A stretch of DNA of 24,000 nucleotides. It comes from Akkermansiaceae bacterium (lineage in GTDB: Bacteria; Verrucomicrobiota; Verrucomicrobiia; Verrucomicrobiales; Akkermansiaceae). Under the pieces are notes generated by a model. It saw only the letters and a list, made by a program, of their open reading frames with translations, was not told the DNA's origin and ran no database searches. Shown in pieces: positions 1 through 8,322 of this stretch. Each line of letters starts with the position of its first letter. Positions within the stretch are counted from its first letter, which is position 1. A program made the translations under genes and the position numbers. The stretch spans positions 47,750-71,749 of the forward strand of contig JABDRB010000001.1 of the NCBI GenBank assembly GCA_013041925.1, in the 5' to 3' direction.

Positions 1-3000
1 GTGATTCTTGAACAGATAAAGCAGGTGTTTGAGCGCCGGCTCGTAATTGCCGTCATTGAAATTGAGTGTGGCCAACTCATTATGCTCATAGCGGTTCATC
101 TTGTAGGGGTCCTCGCTGTTTTCACCGGGTGGCAGGACTGTGAGTGTCCGGGCCTTGCCGATGGCCATACGATTCCGGTTATAGAGGTCCCGCACAGTCC
201 CCGGCAAAATACGATAAGTTCCCGGCGCATAGGCGACGAGTTCGTACGATATTCCTCCGACATCCTTTCCTGGGCTGTAAAACATCGTGATGACTCCATC
301 ACCTATTTCGTGATGCTGGAAGTTCCCTTGAAGTGATCCATCCACCACCAGCATGCCTGCGGGCAAAAACTCCTGCCGGATACGGTATTCACGACGCCCC
401 TCGGTGTAATAATTTTGTATTTCAGAGGTGGCGCGGATTTTTTGACCAAGCTCAACCTTGGTGACGGGAGAGCTGCTGGCGCTTTTTAACGGCATCCCAC
501 GATAGGTCAGGTTTCCGTGATAGTAATGGCCACTGGTAAACCGAAGCTTGTGCCCCCAAGAATCTGGGCTTTTAAGATCGGATGAAAATCCACTGAGCAC
601 TGCAGAATAATGGTAACTTCCAGGGCCTTTTTTCTCGAAGCGCACGATGTTCTCGCCGTCCTTAATCATCTTGGAAGGCACCTTGACCTTCGTCCTTTGC
701 TTGATGTCTCCACTCTTCAGGACCGTCAGCTTTTTATTGTTAATGAAAACCGTCACCTCAAAGTCCGCTTTCTCATCCATCGACTTGCCATAATATGCCG
801 CCAAAGCAGCCACGGCGGGCCCAAGTGAGCTAGGCGAGGCATAGCGGAAGCAACCCTGGCTCCGAAGTAACAGATTGGCAGCTTGAGCCGCCAGTGGTGA
901 GTCCGGTTTCACTGCCGCTAACGCGAGCAGCGCCATGGCGGTAGTCTCATCACGCGACTGCAAGACCGTATGCCCATGACCATCCCACCAAGCAATCTTC
1001 GGTTGGCGATCCGGTGAGTCGAGCTTCACCTTCTTTTCTAGGAGATTCACGAGATCACGTGCAAAATCGGGTCGATTCAGATTAATCATGGCAACGGCAG
1101 CACGAGCCAGTGCGTTATTGGACAGGCTGGCGCGCTCTCGGTAAATCCGATTGAGATGGGCGAAATCCGCCTTGCCCGTGACCGAAAGAGCATGCAGGAC
1201 GATGGTTTTGCTATCGTTATCCTTGGTGCCAAGTTTGCTGAAGGTGGTAACGAGATTTTTTTCAGCCTTGCTGAGGATGCCGGGGTGCAGCGGGATGCCA
1301 GCCTTTTGAGCAAGAGCAAGCGCCCAGTAACTACGGCAGGTCAAGTAGAGGTCTGTGCCCCCTTTCCAATACCATCGTCCATCGGCCTGCTGAGTAGAGG
1401 TGAGCGACGCTACTAAACCTTGAACACGATCTCGTAAAACTCGGATGCCTTCATCAGTCGCATGATGCGCAGTAGCATAGCTAAGCGCCGCTACGCTAGC
1501 AAGGAGATCGTCGGCTTGGGAGGCACCACGACCCGAGCGAAGCGTGAAATCAATCAATGCCTGCTTAATCGACGGGCTCAGGTTAAGCTCAAGTTCCCTC
1601 TGCGTATACTTTTTAGCAGCTGGCAATGCCAAAACACCATGAGCATTACCTGTGGTCATTCCACCAGCCGACACGGAAAACTCCATCCCCCAAGGGCGCA
1701 CGGGAAGCTTCATTACCAGCGTATCTGATTGATCGCCCGCCATAGAGCTGGCAGTCAGGGTGACGGATTTCCCGAGTGGTATAACCTGACTCTTGAAAAG
1801 ACACTCGGTAACCGAATGCTTTTTGATTTCGACATTCAGGCTGTCTTTGAACCCTTCACCAGCCTCAAGATTAAGTGATACTTCAATCTTTCCTTCGAAG
1901 TCGGTAAGGTTGTGGATCTTGGCGAGAAATTGCATCGCATCTCCCTCCTGCACCAAGACCGGAACCTTGAGTTCGAGGAAAAAGTCTTTCCGCGTAATCA
2001 GCTGGGCCGTCGCCTGACCTACAAGGGTGTCTTTGGTGCAACCTCGGGCTGTGAGCCTCCATTCGGTTGTATTGTCAGGCAGCGGAATAGTCACCGTCGC
2101 CTTGCCCTCAGCATCGGTAATGATTGGCGCAATCCAGCGCGAGGCATTCATGACTTCCTTGCGCGGCTTGGCTTCGAGGGCTTGTCCTTTCCCCTTCTTA
2201 GATTTTCTTTTGGTAACATTCTTACTCTCACCAAAGGGGTCAGCTTCGCCCGCTTCTGATTGGATTTGAGCTATAGATGAACCGGGTTTACTTGCGAAGG
2301 CATTATTATCCTCATTTAGACCTCTAGTAGCAGCACCTATAGCCCCCAGCAACTTTTGGTTAGCATAGCCATACCTCGAACCACGCAAAAGATCGAGCTG
2401 GGCCTTTTCCTCTTGCTTGCGAACTAGCCGCTCCTTTTCTTCTATAACTGACTTCACAACCGGCCGAGTGCGACCGTGATAAGCAAACCCGCACGTCGAT
2501 CCCAGACGGAACTCGGCATTGCGGCGAGCACCCGATTGGAAAAAATGACGAATCGGAGGCGCTGCGTCTGGGTAGAGTGAGTAGAGGGCTTCATTAACCA
2601 GCGCTAGACTGAGGGCCGCTTGGACAGGCTTGTCGTTTTGATCTGTGACCAGAAGATCAACGAGAGCATCGGCACCTGGCGCATCTACTGTCTTGTGCGG
2701 TACAACCTTCACACGAAGCTCGCGCTCGATGGTCAGGTCCTTGGTGGCAGAACGAATCGTGCGACCATCGATAGCGGCCACCGCGATACGGAAATTTGGG
2801 AAGTGTTTGTGATCTGGGATGAGGCCTAACACGTTGTACCCAGGCTTCAGAGTAAGCACTTTGTGGGATAAGATTTGCTCCCCTTCGATGGTCAGCAGAG
2901 CAAGCGTCTGATCAAGCCTCGAGTGCAGACTAATCGGCAAATCGGCACCTACCTGACCAGTTGAACTCTCTGCAAAAAACCGGAGCTTCACGGCATCAGT

Positions 3001-6000
3001 ATCATCGGAAACCGTTACGGTGTTTTGCGTGGTAACCACCTGCTTAAATCGATCTTCTCCCGACACTCGGATGATGTATTGCCCGCCCTTCTTCAAGGTG
3101 AGTTTCTTGGTAACGAGTCCAGTTTCAGCATCAGTGGTCACCTTGTGCTCCTCGACGGTGACCTCTGCCGCTGCTTGTACTGGGCGCTTAATCCATGGCA
3201 CTGCCGCGAGAATTTTGTTCGTTTTGGATATCTCTTTCCGTAAGACATAAAGAGTGAGCTCCTTGCCGACTGGCTTACCATCGGCAGTCAGCGTTTTTAA
3301 ATTGATATCGATCGGCTCACCTGCAAGCGCAACGCTCTGAGCTGGTGTTACGCTGGTGCTGAATCCGAGCTCTGCAAGAAACACATGATCGCCGGCCCTG
3401 ACATTATATTGCTTGGCGATTGCACCAAAAGTAAGAGATCGCCCTGGAAGAAAACCAGAGGGGTCAAACTCAATGGCAATTATCCCTTTGTCATCAGTCC
3501 GTCCCGAATAGGTGCGGCCGTCCGGTAGCGTGTAGTCGATTGTTTCGCCCGCTGCAGGGCTTCCCCAGTAGTAGTTCGCCTTGATTTTGGCTGAAATAGT
3601 CTCTCCTCTGAAAATCACCTTATTGGGGAAATCAAAGGCCAACTTGACCTTCTCAAGCTTGTATCGCTGCACATTGAATGCACCGTTAAATACAGGCGGG
3701 GCTTTGGCTCCCTTTTCACTCACGCTGATGACATATCCGCCAAGTGGAGCGTGAGAGTCAATCGTAAGCGAGGTATCCAATACTCCAAAATCACTTAACT
3801 TCCTCGTGGCCTCTTTGAGCATGCGTCCTTTGGGATCGAGTATGCGCACAACATACTTTTTCCCTTTAGGCACCACGTAGCTACCATCTTTCACATCCCG
3901 AATAATTCCCCGAACATTGACAGTCTCACCCGGACGATAAGTCGGCTTCTCTGTGTAAATATACCCGCGGGCACTCAAACCCGAACTAAACTTAAGGTTA
4001 TGAAGGCTTAGGTTGTTAGATGCGATACCATGCTTGCTTGCTGCAAAAATCCGGACACCTGCACTAGACTTCAGATTATCGAAGAACTCCTTGCAAAACA
4101 CCCCGTCCTTCCCCGTCTTGCCTGTTCCAAAAACTTCCTTGCCGTCGCTGGCAATCACCGAGACTCCAGAGGCGGGCTTGTTGGTGAGCCGGTTCTGAGC
4201 ATAGACCAATACCTCGCGACGACTCGTTTTGGTAATGATATCGATATCCGTTCTGATCACGAGTGTGGTCGTTTCAAAATCCTCTTCCGACACCTTAATG
4301 ACACACACGCCAGGCTTCCCTTTTTCAAATGGAATTTTGATGCGTTGGGTTGTGGGTTTGTATTTTTCATAGTTTTCCACATCCACATCCCAGGTTTTGT
4401 CAGGCTGGATCAAATCAACATCCAGCTCATCGATCCCTCCAATCCCATGGGTCTTACGGAAATACGCCTCCAAATTGAGGAAATACTGACTCAGTGTAAG
4501 CTTCGCCGCATTGCGTGAGGTCACTTCAATATAAACATCCTCATTGGTGCGGAACGAACGCTCGGTCTTTGCCGATAGGGCGTGCGCCGTCATCGTGGCG
4601 AATCGCTGGCGGGCCTGGCCGGCCGAGCTGCCCCAGTTCAGTCGCTGGTAGGTAGCCAATGCTTGCGCAAGCTCCCCTAGCTTCTCTTCCTGAATGACAC
4701 CAATACGATAAAGTGCCAAAGACGCCTCTTCAGTCTTTGGATACTTGCTCACCAAACGCTCCCACTCTTCCACCGCCTTACGGTAATGCACCTTTACCAT
4801 CGAAGCCGATTCCTCATCAAGCACTTCTGCCGATTCCTCAAGCTCCTCAGCAAGTGCGTATTGAATCTGCCCAAGGGTGAAAAGAATTTGCCGGGCCCGG
4901 TTATCTAACGGATGATCTTGGAGAAACTTGTCAAAATGCCCTTTCGCCAAGGCAAAATCTTTAGCCGCCACTGCATCAATCCCTATGCGAAATTTCGCGT
5001 TAATGATACCCGATTGACATTGCGCCCACTGCGCACCATTGGGAAATCTTGCAATATATTCACGCCACTGCTGGATGGCCTGTGTATATTTTTTCTGTTG
5101 AAAACGAAGTTGCCCGATCATGTGCACTGCCTCACGCGTCCAATTCTTGAACGTGGCACTACACGACTTCCCTGTCTTGATTTTCGGATCCACCTCGCCG
5201 TCCTCTGGGATAAACGTGAAATTCGCCGCCGCGGCAAACTTCTGATACGCAGCAATCGCATTGTCGGTTTCTCCAGCATTCTGGTAGGTCAGAGCAATAA
5301 GCCGTGATGTATCGGTGGCACGCGGATGGGTCGGGTGAGCCTTGAGAAACTTAGCGGCGACCAACAGCCCCTTGTCTCGCTCGTTACGCGCGGGGTGGGG
5401 CAGGTTGTAAGAACGAACCCATAACCAATACGTGTCCGAATGCTGGGCGTCATTCTCATTTGTATCTCCCAACAACGCCAGTAGGTCTTCTGCATTCTGT
5501 CGCGCCATCTGTAACTTGCCGAGGTGTGATGCTGGATTAGACTGCACCCTCAGCGCCTGATGACGGAAACCGGGAACCACCAAAACACTCTGCCCACACT
5601 GAGCTAACTGCACCTCGACAAGATGAAATCGTGCATCCCTCCAATGCTGCCCGGCAGGGCGTGGGTTTTCACGCACCTGCCCACGGAATCGTTCCGGACT
5701 ACCCACAGGACCAGACCACTTCGGGTCGTATTCTTTCAAATAAACACGGTAATGATTCTCAGCTTGCTTCCAGTTACTAAGGTTCTGGTAACACCGAGCA
5801 ACCTTGAACTGCACGGCATCTCGCAAATCACGCCCGATTTCCAAGCCGAGTGCCTTATTGTATAGTTGCAGCGCCTTGTTAAAATCCGCCGGCGGTGCAT
5901 CAAGCTCATCCTTGCCCGGTTTACGACTCAGCTCATCACCAAATTGAACCAGCACGCTAGCTATCCCCTTCTTGCGGTCGGCCGAAAACAAACGGTTCGC

Positions 6001-6357
6001 TTCGGCTTCATAAATCGCCTCCGCCTGTTTGAATTTCTTCTGCCTGACCAGCGCCCGACATTTTAAGAAAAGTGCCTTACGTCCCCAGTCACTTTTCGCG
6101 AAATCCTTCGCAAGCTGATCACAGGCAGCAACGGAAGCCTTATCCTTACCACTATGAAAAAGCGCCAACGCCTTGAGATAAACGGCATAATCACCCCGCT
6201 TCGCCTTGTTTGCAGCAAGATGCCCGTCCAAGAGCTCGACCGCCTGATCAAACTGCTTTCCCTGAATAGCATGTTCCGCCGCGAGCAGCTTGTCATCGGC
6301 AGCCGCAGAGACCACAAGCATTAAGGTAAGGGTAATCACATTAAGTAACGTCTTCAT
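1..6357 (-). CDS. Giant secreted TPR-repeat / alpha-2-macroglobulin-family protein (MG2, A2M, TED-like and bMG10-like regions). The C-terminus runs off the left edge (at least 2119 aa in window).
   Basis: Absent from the supplied track because there is no stop inside the window. On the reverse strand, ATG at 6357-6355 is the first ATG after an in-frame stop at 6378-6376. I translated from there to base 1 (2119 codons) without meeting a stop. Plus-strand frame-1 triplets in the lines I checked codon by codon contain no tta/cta/tca. N-terminus MKTLLNVITLTLMLVVSAAADD looks like a signal peptide. About aa 25-600 are helical TPR-like repeats. IYTEKPTYRPGETVNVRGII (3960-3901) is an MG2-domain hallmark. 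PLPDNTTEWRLTARG (2100-2041) is an A2M-domain hallmark. QQADGRWYW plus helical repeats (~1400-900) resemble the TED alpha/alpha toroid. EFLPAGMLVVDG (~380-340) resembles the bacterial A2M C-terminal domain. Confidence 0.9.
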   Translation of the reverse strand, partial: MKTLLNVITLTLMLVVSAAADDKLLAAEHAIQGKQFDQAVELLDGHLAANKAKRGDYAVYLKALALFHSGKDKASVAACDQLAKDFAKSDWGRKALFLKCRALVRQKKFKQAEAIYEAEANRLFSADRKKGIASVLVQFGDELSRKPGKDELDAPPADFNKALQLYNKALGLEIGRDLRDAVQFKVARCYQNLSNWKQAENHYRVYLKEYDPKWSGPVGSPERFRGQVRENPRPAGQHWRDARFHLVEVQLAQCGQSVLVVPGFRHQALRVQSNPASHLGKLQMARQNAEDLLALLGDTNENDAQHSDTYWLWVRSYNLPHPARNERDKGLLVAAKFLKAHPTHPRATDTSRLIALTYQNAGETDNAIAAYQKFAAAANFTFIPEDGEVDPKIKTGKSCSATFKNWTREAVHMIGQLRFQQKKYTQAIQQWREYIARFPNGAQWAQCQSGIINAKFRIGIDAVAAKDFALAKGHFDKFLQDHPLDNRARQILFTLGQIQYALAEELEESAEVLDEESASMVKVHYRKAVEEWERLVSKYPKTEEASLALYRIGVIQEEKLGELAQALATYQRLNWGSSAGQARQRFATMTAHALSAKTERSFRTNEDVYIEVTSRNAAKLTLSQYFLNLEAYFRKTHGIGGIDELDVDLIQPDKTWDVDVENYEKYKPTTQRIKIPFEKGKPGVCVIKVSEEDFETTTLVIRTDIDIITKTSRREVLVYAQNRLTNKPASGVSVIASDGKEVFGTGKTGKDGVFCKEFFDNLKSSAGVRIFAASKHGIASNNLSLHNLKFSSGLSARGYIYTEKPTYRPGETVNVRGIIRDVKDGSYVVPKGKKYVVRILDPKGRMLKEATRKLSDFGVLDTSLTIDSHAPLGGYVISVSEKGAKAPPVFNGAFNVQRYKLEKVKLAFDFPNKVIFRGETISAKIKANYYWGSPAAGETIDYTLPDGRTYSGRTDDKGIIAIEFDPSGFLPGRSLTFGAIAKQYNVRAGDHVFLAELGFSTSVTPAQSVALAGEPIDINLKTLTADGKPVGKELTLYVLRKEISKTNKILAAVPWIKRPVQAAAEVTVEEHKVTTDAETGLVTKKLTLKKGGQYIIRVSGEDRFKQVVTTQNTVTVSDDTDAVKLRFFAESSTGQVGADLPISLHSRLDQTLALLTIEGEQILSHKVLTLKPGYNVLGLIPDHKHFPNFRIAVAAIDGRTIRSATKDLTIERELRVKVVPHKTVDAPGADALVDLLVTDQNDKPVQAALSLALVNEALYSLYPDAAPPIRHFFQSGARRNAEFRLGSTCGFAYHGRTRPVVKSVIEEKERLVRKQEEKAQLDLLRGSRYGYANQKLLGAIGAATRGLNEDNNAFASKPGSSIAQIQSEAGEADPFGESKNVTKRKSKKGKGQALEAKPRKEVMNASRWIAPIITDAEGKATVTIPLPDNTTEWRLTARGCTKDTLVGQATAQLITRKDFFLELKVPVLVQEGDAMQFLAKIHNLTDFEGKIEVSLNLEAGEGFKDSLNVEIKKHSVTECLFKSQVIPLGKSVTLTASSMAGDQSDTLVMKLPVRPWGMEFSVSAGGMTTGNAHGVLALPAAKKYTQRELELNLSPSIKQALIDFTLRSGRGASQADDLLASVAALSYATAHHATDEGIRVLRDRVQGLVASLTSTQQADGRWYWKGGTDLYLTCRSYWALALAQKAGIPLHPGILSKAEKNLVTTFSKLGTKDNDSKTIVLHALSVTGKADFAHLNRIYRERASLSNNALARAAVAMINLNRPDFARDLVNLLEKKVKLDSPDRQPKIAWWDGHGHTVLQSRDETTAMALLALAAVKPDSPLAAQAANLLLRSQGCFRYASPSSLGPAVAALAAYYGKSMDEKADFEVTVFINNKKLTVLKSGDIKQRTKVKVPSKMIKDGENIVRFEKKGPGSYHYSAVLSGFSSDLKSPDSWGHKLRFTSGHYYHGNLTYRGMPLKSASSSPVTKVELGQKIRATSEIQNYYTEGRREYRIRQEFLPAGMLVVDGSLQGNFQHHEIGDGVITMFYSPGKDVGGISYELVAYAPGTYRILPGTVRDLYNRNRMAIGKARTLTVLPPGENSEDPYKMNRYEHNELATLNFNDGNYEPALKHLLYLFKNH

Positions 6358-6711
6358 GATGGTTGTATGGTAGGGTTAGTGGACCCAAAATAGTGTAAAG
6401 CCCTTGTAAAAAAAGGACACAGGCAGAATAGTCAGCAACGAGAGAGCAATACCAACACCTTTTTCATCAAGGAATATTAGTCTCTCCGAATGCCCATCAA
6501 ACAAGACAAAATCGACTAGAGCGGGGGTCTTCCCGAGAGCTTTTCATCCTTCATGTTCATGAAGGCCCACAAACCATGGGCAACACTCGGCATTACTTTG
6601 GCGCAGTTCCCATGCTGCCTCGTCGAACATGTTAGAACACTCCTGCCAAACCTACACGCGCAAACCCTTACCATTGATGGCAAGGCAATGCATGGGGAGA
6701 AGGCTCCCTCT

Positions 6712-6748
6712 ATAAAAAATCGATCGCTGAAAATCTACCTGATCGATT
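6712..6748 (-). terminator. Rho-independent terminator downstream of the PEP-CTERM gene
   Basis: On the reverse strand, 8-bp stem AATCGATC/GATCGATT (6748-6741 pairs with 6725-6718) with a 15-nt loop, followed directly by TTTTTTAT (A-run 6714-6719 on plus). It starts 13 nt after the stop at 6761-6763. The loop is rather long. Confidence 0.55.
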
Positions 6749-6760
6749 CGATCGATCGCG

Positions 6761-7705
6761 TTATCTCTTCCGACGTAAAATCAGAGAGAGGGACCCAAGT
6801 CCAAGGAGAACGAGGGCGGTGGGCTCAGGAACCAAATCAGGTGAGTTCGCTGTCACGGTTCCGTTGGTTGTATACTGGAAAGCAACATCCTCCGCGATGT
6901 TGCTTGCGTCAGTGGTGCGGATGGTATAGACGACCTTACCTAGGAAATCATCCGAGGTATCTCCATCACCTAAGTCTACGAAATTAAGAGCCGCAGCACT
7001 CCCAGCGGCGTCGTATATCATCGTTGCCGTAGTTCCAGCCTTTGAAAAACTTGCAGCATCTCCATACCCATTATTTCCACCGTCGTTAGAAAAATTTGCG
7101 CTCGTAAGATCGATCAGGTTTAAATTTTCGTCATAATACATGACGTCAATGGCAATCTTGCTGGTATCTTGTCCTGTCCCCGAAAAATCTACCGCTTGGC
7201 CAAGCCCCCACTTCAAACCGGTCCACTTCGTGGCCGGCGTCCATGCTCGTGAAAATTGCTGGGTAAACGTAATGGAGCTGGTATCCCCATTGCTTATGAT
7301 TTTATGTCTGACATAGGTTTTCAAGTGAGTGCCCACATTTCCAGAATCAGTGGGGACAGCAAGGGAGTCACTGTCACTTGCCGCAGTTCTTAGCACCAGA
7401 TCAAATGTGCCACCATTTCCATTGACCGTGGAGGTAATAAAAGTCCTCCCTCCTACGTGTGCGTTAAGGTTTCCGCGCGCTCCTTGCGATATGAACTCAA
7501 TGGTTGAATTACCCGTCCCTACCTCAAAGTCTGCCAATTTTACCTTATCGGCTGAAAAACTTGAAGTATCGAAGGTTCCGCCCGTGCTTTGCCAAGTCAA
7601 AGGATCGGCCAGAAAAGTAGATGCCGCTTGCAGATAAATAACGCCACAGAAAGATAGAATGCAACATAGGGGGAATGTCTTCATGAAGAACCACTTACAA
7701 GGCAT
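6761..7705 (-). CDS. PEP-CTERM sorting-domain secreted protein (exosortase substrate)
   Basis: ORF track. The C-terminus PDLVPEPTALVLLGLGSLSLILRRKR is a canonical PEP-CTERM signal (VPEP, TM helix, Arg-rich tail). The N-terminal hydrophobic signal MKTFPLCCILSFCGVIYLQAAS makes ATG at 7684 a more likely start than 7705. The body is rich in Thr, Ser, Gly and Asn. Confidence 0.85.
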   Translation of the reverse strand: MPCKWFFMKTFPLCCILSFCGVIYLQAASTFLADPLTWQSTGGTFDTSSFSADKVKLADFEVGTGNSTIEFISQGARGNLNAHVGGRTFITSTVNGNGGTFDLVLRTAASDSDSLAVPTDSGNVGTHLKTYVRHKIISNGDTSSITFTQQFSRAWTPATKWTGLKWGLGQAVDFSGTGQDTSKIAIDVMYYDENLNLIDLTSANFSNDGGNNGYGDAASFSKAGTTATMIYDAAGSAAALNFVDLGDGDTSDDFLGKVVYTIRTTDASNIAEDVAFQYTTNGTVTANSPDLVPEPTALVLLGLGSLSLILRRKR

Positions 7706-8107
7706 CTAGTGTGGTAGCAATAAAAAAATACATACATTGGCACGCGCCATAGGCGACCACGCAGCGCTGACATCGCAACAACTTTTCGATTCAGCGTCAG
7801 GGGATGTGTCCGTGCAGGGGTATTCGAGTTTGATGATCGGCAAGGCAATCGGCCGAGGCTCACGCTGAGGTGGTGGTGTCAGATCTATCCACTCTGACCA
7901 GAGCATCGGGTCGGCTTGGGGGGTCATTTCCTCAGATGCGGACAGGTTACCCAACATGCGGTATTTCTACACCGGATGGGTAATTGCGAGTCGGCTCTAA
8001 GCTTTGATGGACAGGGTCATGGGTCAGGGAGTGATCATCGGTGCGATTCTCAGGCCCTTAAATGTGGCCAAATAAGGACTCAAGTCACTTATTCCAAGCC
8101 AGTTAAG

Positions 8108-8132
8108 CCTATTTTGTAAATAGGGGGTTTTT
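8108..8132 (+). terminator. Weak terminator-like hairpin plus T-run on the plus strand inside the 7706-8322 gap
   Basis: CCTATTT(8108-8114) tgt AAATAGG(8118-8124), then GGG and TTTTT (8128-8132). The stem is AT-rich and only 7 bp, so it is thermodynamically weak. There is no T-run in the opposite orientation. Confidence 0.3.
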
Positions 8133-8322
8133 CAGGGCATTTATCCTAGATATGGGGGCCATAATGAAAAAAACAGGCACATATTGTGTTCAGCACGGCA
8201 TTGCCGCGATCGGACGTCCATTTCCCTGACGGGGAGGGTTTTCACGGATATCACATCGCTAAGAATGACGCGGGACATGGAAGTGCTCTTTTTTTGGGCA
8301 GCACACGCATCGACCGTGATGC

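Noticed and set aside
4373-4381. DnaA-box-like TTTTCCACA inside the A2M-like coding region
   Set aside because: It is an isolated single site within coding sequence, which is consistent with chance.
4030-4518. Plus-strand ORFs within 1-6357 in the track (e.g. 4030-4518 at 162 aa, 4912-5307 at 131 aa, 1912-2259, 1-336)
   Set aside because: They are antisense shadows of the 2119-codon reverse ORF. They have odd composition and no motifs.
6553-7637. Plus-strand ORFs 6553-6987 (144 aa) and 7329-7637 (102 aa)
   Set aside because: They are antisense to the well-supported PEP-CTERM gene. 6553-6987 also crosses its terminator.
7706-7957. An 83-aa reverse ORF abutting the PEP-CTERM ORF
   Set aside because: It has no motif, a Pro-rich low-complexity sequence, no clear start context, and third-position composition less C-biased than the neighbouring real genes. 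It is more likely 5' leader or promoter DNA.
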